Positions 7,624 to 14,515 of a DNA stretch of 27,794 nt are shown one piece after another. Below the pieces are notes generated by a model, which was given only the letters and a program-made list of their open reading frames with translations, was not told where the DNA came from and did not search any database. The stretch is from the NCBI GenBank assembly GCA_040005235.1, contig JBDTZG010000065.1:1-27794 (forward strand). The letters run 5' to 3'. How positions within the stretch are numbered: position 1 is the first letter of the stretch; each line of letters opens with the position of its first letter. A program made the position numbers and the translations under genes. The stretch comes from Acidobacteriota bacterium. GTDB taxonomy: Bacteria > Acidobacteriota > Thermoanaerobaculia > Multivoradales > UBA5704.

Positions 7624-9324
7624 ATGAGCATTCGTACGATCCGGCAGGCGACTCTTCGCTCGCTTTCGACTTCGACCCTGGGCCTCGGGCTGCTTGCGCT
7701 CGCCGCCTGTGCCCCCTCGGCAGAGCCGCCGCCCAGCGCGGCACCCCAAAAGGCGGAGGGAACCGTGATTTCCGACATCGACCAGCGGCTGGCGAAGTAT
7801 TCCCCCGTTCCGCTCGAACCGGACCTCTCCGCCCTCTCGGCCCGCGACCGCCAGGCGCTGGACAAACTGAACGAGGTGTCGAAGCTGATCAACGAGATCT
7901 ACCTGCGCCAGGCATGGGCCGGCGGCCCGAAAATGCGCGAGGAAATCGCCGCTTGGAAGGAGCCGAAAGCGCAAGCGGCGCGCGACTTCTTCGCCGTCAA
8001 CTTCGGACCGTGGGACCGGCTGGACGAGCGCAAGGCGTTCATCGGCGACACGCCCCGGCCGAAAGGCGCCGGCTTTTATCCCGAGGATCTGACCCAGGCA
8101 GATTTCGAGGCCTGGATCGCGAAACACCCTGAGGATAAAGATGCCTTCTCCTCAGGAGTCACCGTGATTCGGCGCGAAGGCGATCGGCTGGTGGCGATCC
8201 CCTACTCCAAGGAGTACAAGGAGTGGCTGGAGCCCGCCGCGAAGCTGCTGAACGAGGCCGCCGATCTGACCGAAAACGCCTCCCTGGCGAAGTTCCTCCG
8301 CTCGCGCGCGGCGGCCTTCCTGTCCGACGATTATTTCCAGAGCGACGTCGATTGGATGGACCTCGACGCGCCGGTCGAGGTGACGATCGGCCCCTACGAA
8401 ACCTACGAAGACGATCTGCTCGGCTACAAGGCCGCCTTCGAGTCCTATGTCACGGTCAACGTCCCCGCGGAGGCCTCGAAGCTCAGCCGCTTCAAGGAGC
8501 GCCTCCCCTGGCTGGAGCGCAACCTGCCGATCCCGGACGCGATGAAGAATTTCGACCGCGGAACGGAGAGCCCCATCCGGGTGGTCGACGTCGCGAGCGC
8601 CGCGGGAGACGCCCGGGCCGGCGTGCCGGCCATTGCCTTCAACCTGCCGAACGACGAGCGGGTGCGCGAAGCGAAGGGCTCGAAGAAGGTGCTGCTGCGC
8701 AACCTGATGCACGCGAAGTTCGAGCGCATTCTGACCCCCATCGCAGCGAAGGTCCTGGCGCCGTCGCAGGTGGCCGAGGTGACGTTCGACGCCTACCTAA
8801 ACGAGATCCTCCACCACGAGCTGTCGCACGGCCTCGGCCCGGGTACGATCACCAAGGACGGCAAAAAGACCGAGGTGCGGCTGGAATTGAAAGAGCTGTT
8901 CTCGACCATCGAAGAAGCGAAGGCGGACGTGATGGGGGTGTACAACATCCTCGCCCTGATCGATCAGAAAGAGATGCCCGCCACCTTACGCTCCGCGCTC
9001 GAACCCACCTACGTCGCCGGCCTCTTCCGCTCCGCCCGCTTCGGAGTCGACGAAGCCCACGGCCAAGGCGTGGTCGCGCAGTTCAACTACCTGATGGAAA
9101 AAGGCGCGCTCAAAGTAGACGCCGAAGGCCGCTTCCAAGCCGTCTCCGAAAAGTTCCCCGGGGCGATCAAAGACCTGCTGCACGACCTGCTGATCCTGCA
9201 AGGCCACGGCGACTACGCGGGGACGAAGGCGTTTCTCGAAAAGTACGGCAAAGCGGGCCCGGAGCTGCGGGCGGCGATTGAGCGTTTGGCGGAGGTTCCT
9301 ACGGATATTCGGCTGGTGCCGTGA
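7624..9324 (+). CDS. Peptidase M49 (dipeptidyl peptidase III-like) lipoprotein, HEXXH type
   Basis: ATG 7624 after GGGAGA; lipobox LAAC; GPYETYED, AFNLPNDERV...KGSKKV, HHELSHGLGP, EEAKAD, RFG..EAHG.G motifs. Confidence 0.88.
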   Translation: MSIRTIRQATLRSLSTSTLGLGLLALAACAPSAEPPPSAAPQKAEGTVISDIDQRLAKYSPVPLEPDLSALSARDRQALDKLNEVSKLINEIYLRQAWAGGPKMREEIAAWKEPKAQAARDFFAVNFGPWDRLDERKAFIGDTPRPKGAGFYPEDLTQADFEAWIAKHPEDKDAFSSGVTVIRREGDRLVAIPYSKEYKEWLEPAAKLLNEAADLTENASLAKFLRSRAAAFLSDDYFQSDVDWMDLDAPVEVTIGPYETYEDDLLGYKAAFESYVTVNVPAEASKLSRFKERLPWLERNLPIPDAMKNFDRGTESPIRVVDVASAAGDARAGVPAIAFNLPNDERVREAKGSKKVLLRNLMHAKFERILTPIAAKVLAPSQVAEVTFDAYLNEILHHELSHGLGPGTITKDGKKTEVRLELKELFSTIEEAKADVMGVYNILALIDQKEMPATLRSALEPTYVAGLFRSARFGVDEAHGQGVVAQFNYLMEKGALKVDAEGRFQAVSEKFPGAIKDLLHDLLILQGHGDYAGTKAFLEKYGKAGPELRAAIERLAEVPTDIRLVP

Positions 9325-9526
9325 GGGGGGAGTGAAGCAGGTGGTTTTCTGGTTCGGTTTCGATTGCATAACAGGGATCGGAGCTTTCAATTTGTGGGAT
9401 TCTGCTGCCGTGAAGTTCTCTTCCCCTCCGAAAGCAAAAACGAAGAGTGTACGCAAATCGGATCGATAGCGCTTGGGTTGCAATAGGCCAAAATGGCTTG
9501 ATTATCAAAGCTTGAGGGTTACAAAC

Positions 9527-10021
9527 ATGAAGCTTATTCCATACAGCATCTCGGATCGCTTATACCTTCTCACCCTACCAATTTTTGTTTTAAGCCTTGC
9601 TTTTTCACTTTCAACGGGCCGCTATTCGATGGCTGTCATGTCGGGCGTTGGGATTTTCACAGTCTTCATGTCGTCTTACGTTCTTCAAGATCAGCCCCCT
9701 CAAGAATCTTCCGTAAGTGAGTACTCAGAAGTGATCGATAAGATTTCTTCTCTGGGAAAGGAGCTTGGGCAACTTGGTCGCTTTTTAGATCGTGAGCGCT
9801 CGAGGGTTGCTGCTACCGAGGACACAATCCGTAAGCTCGGTGAAGAGCGGGCAAGGCTTGAGCCTCTGGTACAGACAAACAGAGAGACTGTCGATGCGAT
9901 CCTCGGCGCTCACGCCAATCGTGCTGCTCGGACTGCGTGGAAGGAACGGCTTATTGGATTTGCATTGGGCGTTTCGGCATCACTTATTGCATCGTTTATC
10001 TATGGGTACTTCAAGAGATAG
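9527..10021 (+). CDS. Hypothetical membrane protein (2 TM, coiled coil, 1 TM), lower GC
   Basis: 164 aa from ATG 9527 (GAGGG upstream); two hydrophobic stretches at the N-terminus and one at the C-terminus, heptad-like charged middle; visibly more AT-rich than the flanks. Confidence 0.65.
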   Translation: MKLIPYSISDRLYLLTLPIFVLSLAFSLSTGRYSMAVMSGVGIFTVFMSSYVLQDQPPQESSVSEYSEVIDKISSLGKELGQLGRFLDRERSRVAATEDTIRKLGEERARLEPLVQTNRETVDAILGAHANRAARTAWKERLIGFALGVSASLIASFIYGYFKR

Positions 10022-10604
10022 CGCAGCGCCTCGCCCCAGCCGAGCGCGGTCCGATGGCCATAGAGTGCGGCGGAACTAGGGCTTCGCCTTTCCGGCGATT
10101 ATTACTAACTTGCCAGGGTTTTGACGAGTACCAGAAATCCCAAGGACAACTATCTCCGCTACCATCCCCTTGACTGGCGATGTCCGGGTAGCGCAAGAGG
10201 TAACGGACGTCGTCGAGGTCGTGAAACTCCTCGCCCAGCCGCATAGGGGCACACTTCATGGCGAGAAGGTAGACCGGCCGGGCCGCGAATACCTTCAGGT
10301 GGTCGAGCTCAAGGTAGGGGTCGAAGTCGCCCCGCGGGCTCAGGTATCCCTTTACCGCGTCGTTGAGCCAGTTGTCCGGAACTCCGGCCCGTGCGGCAAC
10401 CCGGCTGGCGGCCTGCCTGACCGCTCCGGTCGGCAGGAAGTAGCCGTCCACGTCGCGCGTCGCGTGTCGGGCGTCGAGGGCCAGACACATCACGGCTCCT
10501 CCCACCAGGTAGAGCTCGCCCTGAACGTTCTCGGCGGCCAACTCTGTGTTCAGAAGATCGAACAACCGGAGCATGTCCGACCGGGTCAGGCGGGAGCCGG
10601 CCAT
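10011..10604 (-). CDS. Pol-beta-like nucleotidyltransferase (AbiEii/DUF6036-like), C-terminus possibly disrupted
   Basis: LYLVGGAVM...RHATRDVDG, WLNDAVKG, YLLAMK...R...DLDDVRYLL; after about LRYPDI the sequence loses protein-like character and overlaps the convergent gene by 11 nt. Confidence 0.7.
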   Translation of the reverse strand: MAGSRLTRSDMLRLFDLLNTELAAENVQGELYLVGGAVMCLALDARHATRDVDGYFLPTGAVRQAASRVAARAGVPDNWLNDAVKGYLSPRGDFDPYLELDHLKVFAARPVYLLAMKCAPMRLGEEFHDLDDVRYLLRYPDIASQGDGSGDSCPWDFWYSSKPWQVSNNRRKGEALVPPHSMAIGPRSAGARRCAIS

Positions 10605-10607
10605 CGT

Positions 10608-11003
10608 TTACACGCGATCGCCGACCGACGAGTCGACGAAGATGTTGCGGCGTTTGAAGGGGACCGGCGAGTTCCGCAGCAGGTGTAGTCGCAGGCCCGG
10701 AAGCGAGGTGGCGAAATGCGGTGTCGTCTCTAGAGGCACGACACCGCGCACCCAGGCGGGGGGCGGTACGTTTCGCTGGTAGGCGGTCAGCTCGACCATG
10801 GCCGCCACGTAGTTCTGTAGGTAAGGAGTAAGGCCCGTCACGTCCGCCTGCTCCACAGCGTCGCCGAACTCTTCAGGCGTGAGGCCGGCAAGAAGGTCGT
10901 TGAGCTCCGCCAGCACGAAACCGGGCTGGGCGTCTTCGCGCAGCGCCTCCAGTAAGCGGGCGAAGCACAATTGCTTGTCGGGCAGCGCTGATCTTTCGGC
11001 CAT
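10608..11003 (-). CDS. Putative antitoxin-like partner of the nucleotidyltransferase
   Basis: 3 nt upstream of the NTase start; NYVAAMVE...PPAWV..V.PL..P.F...LRLHLL..SPVPFKRRNIFVD resembles C-terminal domains of partners of DUF6036-type NTases; no HTH seen. Start uncertain (ATG 11003 or GTG 11021). Confidence 0.55.
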   Translation of the reverse strand: MAERSALPDKQLCFARLLEALREDAQPGFVLAELNDLLAGLTPEEFGDAVEQADVTGLTPYLQNYVAAMVELTAYQRNVPPPAWVRGVVPLETTPHFATSLPGLRLHLLRNSPVPFKRRNIFVDSSVGDRV

Positions 11004-11094
11004 GGACTTAGGTTCACACAAGGGCAGGAGGGCGTCAATATGCCGGTGCTAGAAACTCGCTCTGGTTACCCCAGAAACTCCCGGCAGGACCGCT

Positions 11095-11181
11095 TTGGAG
11101 TGCGCCGACGCGTCGGCGCTTTGGACGAACGTGGTGAAGTAGCGACTCCGGTCAAAGCGGCGACGCGTCGCCGCACTCCAA
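11095..11181. repeat. REP-like inverted pair (REPIN/BIME-like), GGAG-footed palindromes
   Basis: TTGGAGTGCGCCGACGCGTCGGCGCTTTG (11095-11123) and CAAAGCGGCGACGCGTCGCCGCACTCCAA (11153-11181) are 29-bp inverted repeats with 2 mismatches; each arm holds a perfect 18-bp palindrome. Confidence 0.8.
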
Positions 11182-11287
11182 GACGGTCCACTTTAGGCGC
11201 TCGCGTGGAGGAACCTCTCGTGCCCGCGTCCGGAGAGGGAGCCGTGCTCCCTTGATCCAGTTCGGAGGAACTCTAAGGCGGAAGGAA

Positions 11288-11316
11288 TTTACCAGCGGTT
11301 GAATGGGAGCTAGAAT
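11288..11316 (+). promoter_or_regulatory. Sigma70-type promoter for the small peptide gene
   Basis: TTTACC (11288-11293), 17-bp spacer, TAGAAT (11311-11316); 47 nt upstream of the ATG at 11364. Confidence 0.6.
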
Positions 11317-11363
11317 ACTTCGGCCGGGGCCGATCCCTGGCGCAATACCCTAAGGAGACCATC

Positions 11364-11525
11364 ATGAAGAAGACGAAGAAGAAGCTGGCGCTTTCAAGGG
11401 AGACGGTTTCGCTACTGGTGAACCCACAGTTAGCAGGCGCTGACGGTCCGCTTTGGTGGAACACCCATTCCTGCGGCCCCGAGGGCTCGATTTGCCTTCC
11501 AATGGACGAGTCGATGACCTGCTAA
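11364..11525 (+). CDS. 53-aa RiPP (lanthipeptide-like) precursor peptide: MKKTKKKLALSRETVSLLVNPQLAGADGPLWWNTHSCGPEGSICLPMDESMTC
   Basis: Below the ORF-track cutoff. Strong SD (TAAGGAG) 6 nt before the ATG, upstream promoter, KKLxLxRETV leader motif, AG/A small-residue junction, core with 3 Cys and 5 Ser/Thr. Confidence 0.75.
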   Translation: MKKTKKKLALSRETVSLLVNPQLAGADGPLWWNTHSCGPEGSICLPMDESMTC

Positions 11526-11622
11526 AGCCCAAACCCTATTGATGGTGGAGGGTTGCAGCTTTGATCGTCGGGCGCGACCGAAACCGGGCCGATGACTTGA
11601 ACATGAGACCGTATTCGCGCCG

Positions 11623-11734
11623 CGATTACGGCAATTGGCGTGCGATTGCGGAAAAACTATCTCGCGACTTCGGTAATCGCCGGCCGATTACGGTCTCAGC
11701 GGGCTAACTACCGAGATCGCCGAGCGGATTACGG
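11623..11734. repeat. Degenerate ~20-22-bp-phased repeat with CGATTACGG core
   Basis: Cores at 11623 CGATTACGG, 11643 CGATTGCGG, 11665 CGACTTCGG, 11685 CGATTACGG, 11705 TAACTACCG, 11726 GGATTACGG. Confidence 0.6.
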
Positions 11735-11751
11735 AGAATCGGTATCCGCCC

Positions 11752-12033
11752 GAGGGAAGAGCGATTCTGGCCCAAAATCGGTGATCCTTCCGCAGGGAGG
11801 AGCGATTCTGGCCCAAAATCAGTGATCCTTCCGGAGGGAGGAGCGATCCTGGCTCAAAATCAGTGATCCTTCCGGAGGGAGGAGCGATCCTGGCCCAAAA
11901 TCAGTGATCCTTCCGGAGGGAGGAGCGATTCTGGCTCAAAATCAGTGATCCTTCCGGAGGGAAGAGCGATTCTGGCCCAAAATCAGTGATCCTTCTGGAG
12001 GGAAGAGCGATCCTGGCCCAAAATCGGTGGTCC
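11752..12033. repeat. Tandem repeat, ~7 x 41 bp (consensus GAGGGARGAGCGATYCTGGCYCAAAATCRGTGATCCTTCCG)
   Basis: Units start at 11752, 11793, 11834, 11875, 11916, 11957 and 11998; no spacers; ends 4 nt from the type III PKS stop codon. Confidence 0.95.
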
Positions 12034-12037
12034 CCCC

Positions 12038-13099
12038 TCACCAGCGCAGCAGGACCAGCTCCGAACAGAACCCCGGCCCCATCGCGGTCAGCAATCCCCA
12101 CGAACCGGGGGCGGGGCGATGGTTTGCCATCGTCTCTTCGAGCACAATCAGCACGGAAGTCGAGGAGAGATTGCCCACCTCGCGCAGGCTTCGCCAGGTG
12201 ACGTCGAGCGCGCCTTCGGGAAGCTCCAGCGTCTCCTGCATCGTTTCGAGCACTTTCGGTCCGCCGGGGTGGCAGACCCAGCTGGCAATGTCGGCACGGG
12301 AGAGGCCGTGGTCGCCGAGGAAGGAATCGACGTCTTCCTTCATGTGCTCTTCGACCACCTTAGGCACGTCGGCGGAGAGGACGATCTTGAAGCCGGTCTC
12401 TGAGATGTCCCAACCCATCACGCGCTCGGAGTCCGGGTAGAAGATCGAGCGGGTGGCGACGATCTCCGGGCCGGAAGGCCCCTTGAGATCCTTCCGCTCG
12501 CTCCCGGCGACCAGAACAGCCGCCGCGCCGTCGCCGAATAGGCCGGAGGCGATCAGGTTAGGAATCGACAAATCCTCCCCCTGGAGGGTGAGCGAGCAGA
12601 GCTCGACCGAGAGCAGCAGCGCCACCTGATCGGGATAGGCGCGCACGTAGTCTGCCGCCCGCGCGATGCCCGCAGCGCCGGCGAGGCAGCCGAGGCCGAA
12701 CAGCGGCAGCCGCTTGATCTGCGGCGACATGCGAAGGCGGTTGATCAGCCGGGCGTCGATCGACGGGGTCGCAACCCCCGTCACCGTGGTGAAGAAGAAG
12801 GCCGAAACGTCGGTGGGGGCAAGCCCCGCGCGATCCAGCGCCTGGCGGATCGCCGCGTCCCCCACCTCTTGGGCGACGCGGATCCAGGCGTCGTTGGCTT
12901 TCCCCCAGGTGGTCAGCTGGTCGTATTCCTCGATTGGCAGCGCCAGGTGCCGGCCGCCGACCAGGACGTTCGCGTGCAGCCGCTGCAGCCGTTCGAGATT
13001 GAACAAGCGATCCTTCCATCGCCGTTCGAGCGCCGCGAGCAGGGTGGCCTGGTCGTAGAAGTGGGGCGGCAGAGCGGTGCCGACGGCGGCGATCTTCAA
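12038..13099 (-). CDS. Type III polyketide synthase (chalcone-synthase-like; alkylresorcinol/alkylpyrone synthase type)
   Basis: TTG start at 13099 with GGAAGGA SD, overlapping the upstream stop; catalytic triad GLGCLAGA (Cys), CHPGGPKV (His), GNLSSTSV (Asn); VELCSL, LFGDGAAA, AMGPGF motifs. Confidence 0.92.
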   Translation of the reverse strand: MKIAAVGTALPPHFYDQATLLAALERRWKDRLFNLERLQRLHANVLVGGRHLALPIEEYDQLTTWGKANDAWIRVAQEVGDAAIRQALDRAGLAPTDVSAFFFTTVTGVATPSIDARLINRLRMSPQIKRLPLFGLGCLAGAAGIARAADYVRAYPDQVALLLSVELCSLTLQGEDLSIPNLIASGLFGDGAAAVLVAGSERKDLKGPSGPEIVATRSIFYPDSERVMGWDISETGFKIVLSADVPKVVEEHMKEDVDSFLGDHGLSRADIASWVCHPGGPKVLETMQETLELPEGALDVTWRSLREVGNLSSTSVLIVLEETMANHRPAPGSWGLLTAMGPGFCSELVLLRW

Positions 13100-13536
13100 G
13101 CAGTGGGTCCTTCCGGATCCGGCGGGGAAACGAGGACGGACGGCGGGGGCGGAAGGGGCGCGGCCGGCCGCGCGAGCGCGCCGAGCACGAGGCCGCAGGT
13201 GGAGTAGAGGATCCACCAACGGAAGGTCATCGCCCAGTACGGATTAGGGTCGAGGCCCGCGGCGGCGATCGAAACGACCAGCAACGGCCCGCGGAACACC
13301 CAGGCGATCCACCCCGAGAGCAGTCCGGAGAACCAGACCGAGCCCCCCTCTCTGTGGATCAAAAGGAAGAGGGCGGCGAGCCCCAAAGCCTCCAGTCCCC
13401 AGGCGCCGAGCTGGACTCGGGGCGGCGACGAAGGGGGAGCCCCCGGGGGGAGCCAACCGAGCGCCGCGAGGCCGAATTGAAACAGGGCCATCACCAGAAC
13501 GAGGAGGACGATCGAGAGGGCGAGAAAGCGGCTCAA
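13096..13536 (-). CDS. Hypothetical 4-TM membrane protein, translationally coupled to the type III PKS
   Basis: Only the last 146 aa of ORF 13096..14784 look real: TTG 13536 (LSRFLALSIVLLVLV...), four hydrophobic segments, Pro-rich tail; TTGA overlap with the PKS start. Confidence 0.7.
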   Translation of the reverse strand: MSRFLALSIVLLVLVMALFQFGLAALGWLPPGAPPSSPPRVQLGAWGLEALGLAALFLLIHREGGSVWFSGLLSGWIAWVFRGPLLVVSIAAAGLDPNPYWAMTFRWWILYSTCGLVLGALARPAAPLPPPPSVLVSPPDPEGPTA

Positions 13537-13545
13537 AGCTCCGGG

Positions 13546-13593
13546 ATCATAGCCGACCTTCCGTCCTTGGGCCGCTCCCCGTTCGTGTACACT
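13546..13593. promoter_or_regulatory. Back-to-back -10 elements of divergent promoters
   Basis: Minus strand TATGAT (13546-13551) 9 nt before TTG 13536; plus strand TACACT (13588-13593) 9 nt before ATG 13603; 66-bp intergenic gap. Confidence 0.5.
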
Positions 13594-13602
13594 GCGGCTC
13601 TC

Positions 13603-14487
13603 ATGATCGCCGCGGAACCGCAGCCTCTGCCGCCTCCCCGGGTCGAGCTGGGCGCCCTCGACACCCTTTGGTTCCAGGTCGCCGGAACGGTGTGCAATTT
13701 GGCCTGCACCCACTGCTTCATCTCCTGCTCGCCGACCAACCATACCCACGAATTCATGTCGCTCGCCGAGGTCTCTCGCTACCTCGAAGAGGGCGCCGGC
13801 TTGGGGGTGAAGGAGTACTACTTCACCGGCGGCGAGCCGTTCTTGAATCCGGACATGGAGGCGATCCTCGAAGCCACCTTGCGGCTCGGCCCGGCGAACG
13901 TTCTGACCAACGGGCTGCTGCTCGACCCCGCCCGGGCGCAACGGTTGAAGGGCCTGGTCGACGCCTCGGAGTATTCGCTCGACCTGCGCGTCTCGCTCGA
14001 CGGCTTCGACGCTGCCACCAACGACCCGATCCGCGGCCCCGGCACGTTCGACCGCATTCTGGAGGGAATCGCGAACCTGGTGGCCGCCGGCTTGAATCCG
14101 GTGATCACGGTGACCGAGGTGCATCGGGAATCCGGTACGGACGAAGGCAAGGCCCGGTTCTTCGAGCTGTTGCGCAGCCTGGGGATCGAAAAGCCGCGGC
14201 TCAAGATTCTGCCGGTGTTCCAGATCGGCGCCGAGGCGGAACGCGGCGGCGCCTACGAAACCTGGCAGCGCCTGAGGGAAGGGGATGCCCCGGAGGGAAG
14301 CTGGGATCACCTGCAGTGCAGCGCCTGCCGGATGGTCACCGATCAAGGAGTGTGGGTCTGCCCGATCCTGGTCAACGAGCCCGACGCCAAGATGGGCGAG
14401 TCGCTCGCCGACACACTCGGGCCTTTCGCGCTCGATCACCCGGCCTGCTGGACCTGCCACGCCTACGGCGTGAGCTGCAAGACCTGA
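13603..14487 (+). CDS. Radical SAM protein with Cys-rich C-terminus, resembling arsenosugar-type (ArsS-like) rSAM enzymes
   Basis: CNLACTHC (CxxxCxxC), FTGGEPFLNP, LTNG, RVSLDG...NDPIRG.GTF; C-terminal LQCSACRM..VCP..ACWTCHAYGVSC. The rSAM call is secure; the subfamily is inferred. Confidence 0.85.
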   Translation: MIAAEPQPLPPPRVELGALDTLWFQVAGTVCNLACTHCFISCSPTNHTHEFMSLAEVSRYLEEGAGLGVKEYYFTGGEPFLNPDMEAILEATLRLGPANVLTNGLLLDPARAQRLKGLVDASEYSLDLRVSLDGFDAATNDPIRGPGTFDRILEGIANLVAAGLNPVITVTEVHRESGTDEGKARFFELLRSLGIEKPRLKILPVFQIGAEAERGGAYETWQRLREGDAPEGSWDHLQCSACRMVTDQGVWVCPILVNEPDAKMGESLADTLGPFALDHPACWTCHAYGVSCKT

Positions 14488-14515
14488 GGCGCAGTACCTG
14501 AGGCAATCCCGCGCG

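Noticed and set aside
10156-10164. CCGCTACCA resembling a tRNA 3' end or att site near the composition shift
   Set aside because: Only 9 nt, with no T-arm or cloverleaf, no second copy seen and no integrase.
11752-12033. CRISPR array
   Set aside because: Units are contiguous and near-identical with no unique spacers, and there are no cas genes.
13603-14487. rSAM as maturase of the 11364-11525 peptide
   Set aside because: No RRE/PqqD-like domain or full SPASM motif; it is separated from the peptide by a divergent operon and embedded with ArsM and DUF2064.
14482-14504. 9-bp direct repeat ACCTGAGGC at the rSAM stop
   Set aside because: Too short to separate a footprint or operator from chance.
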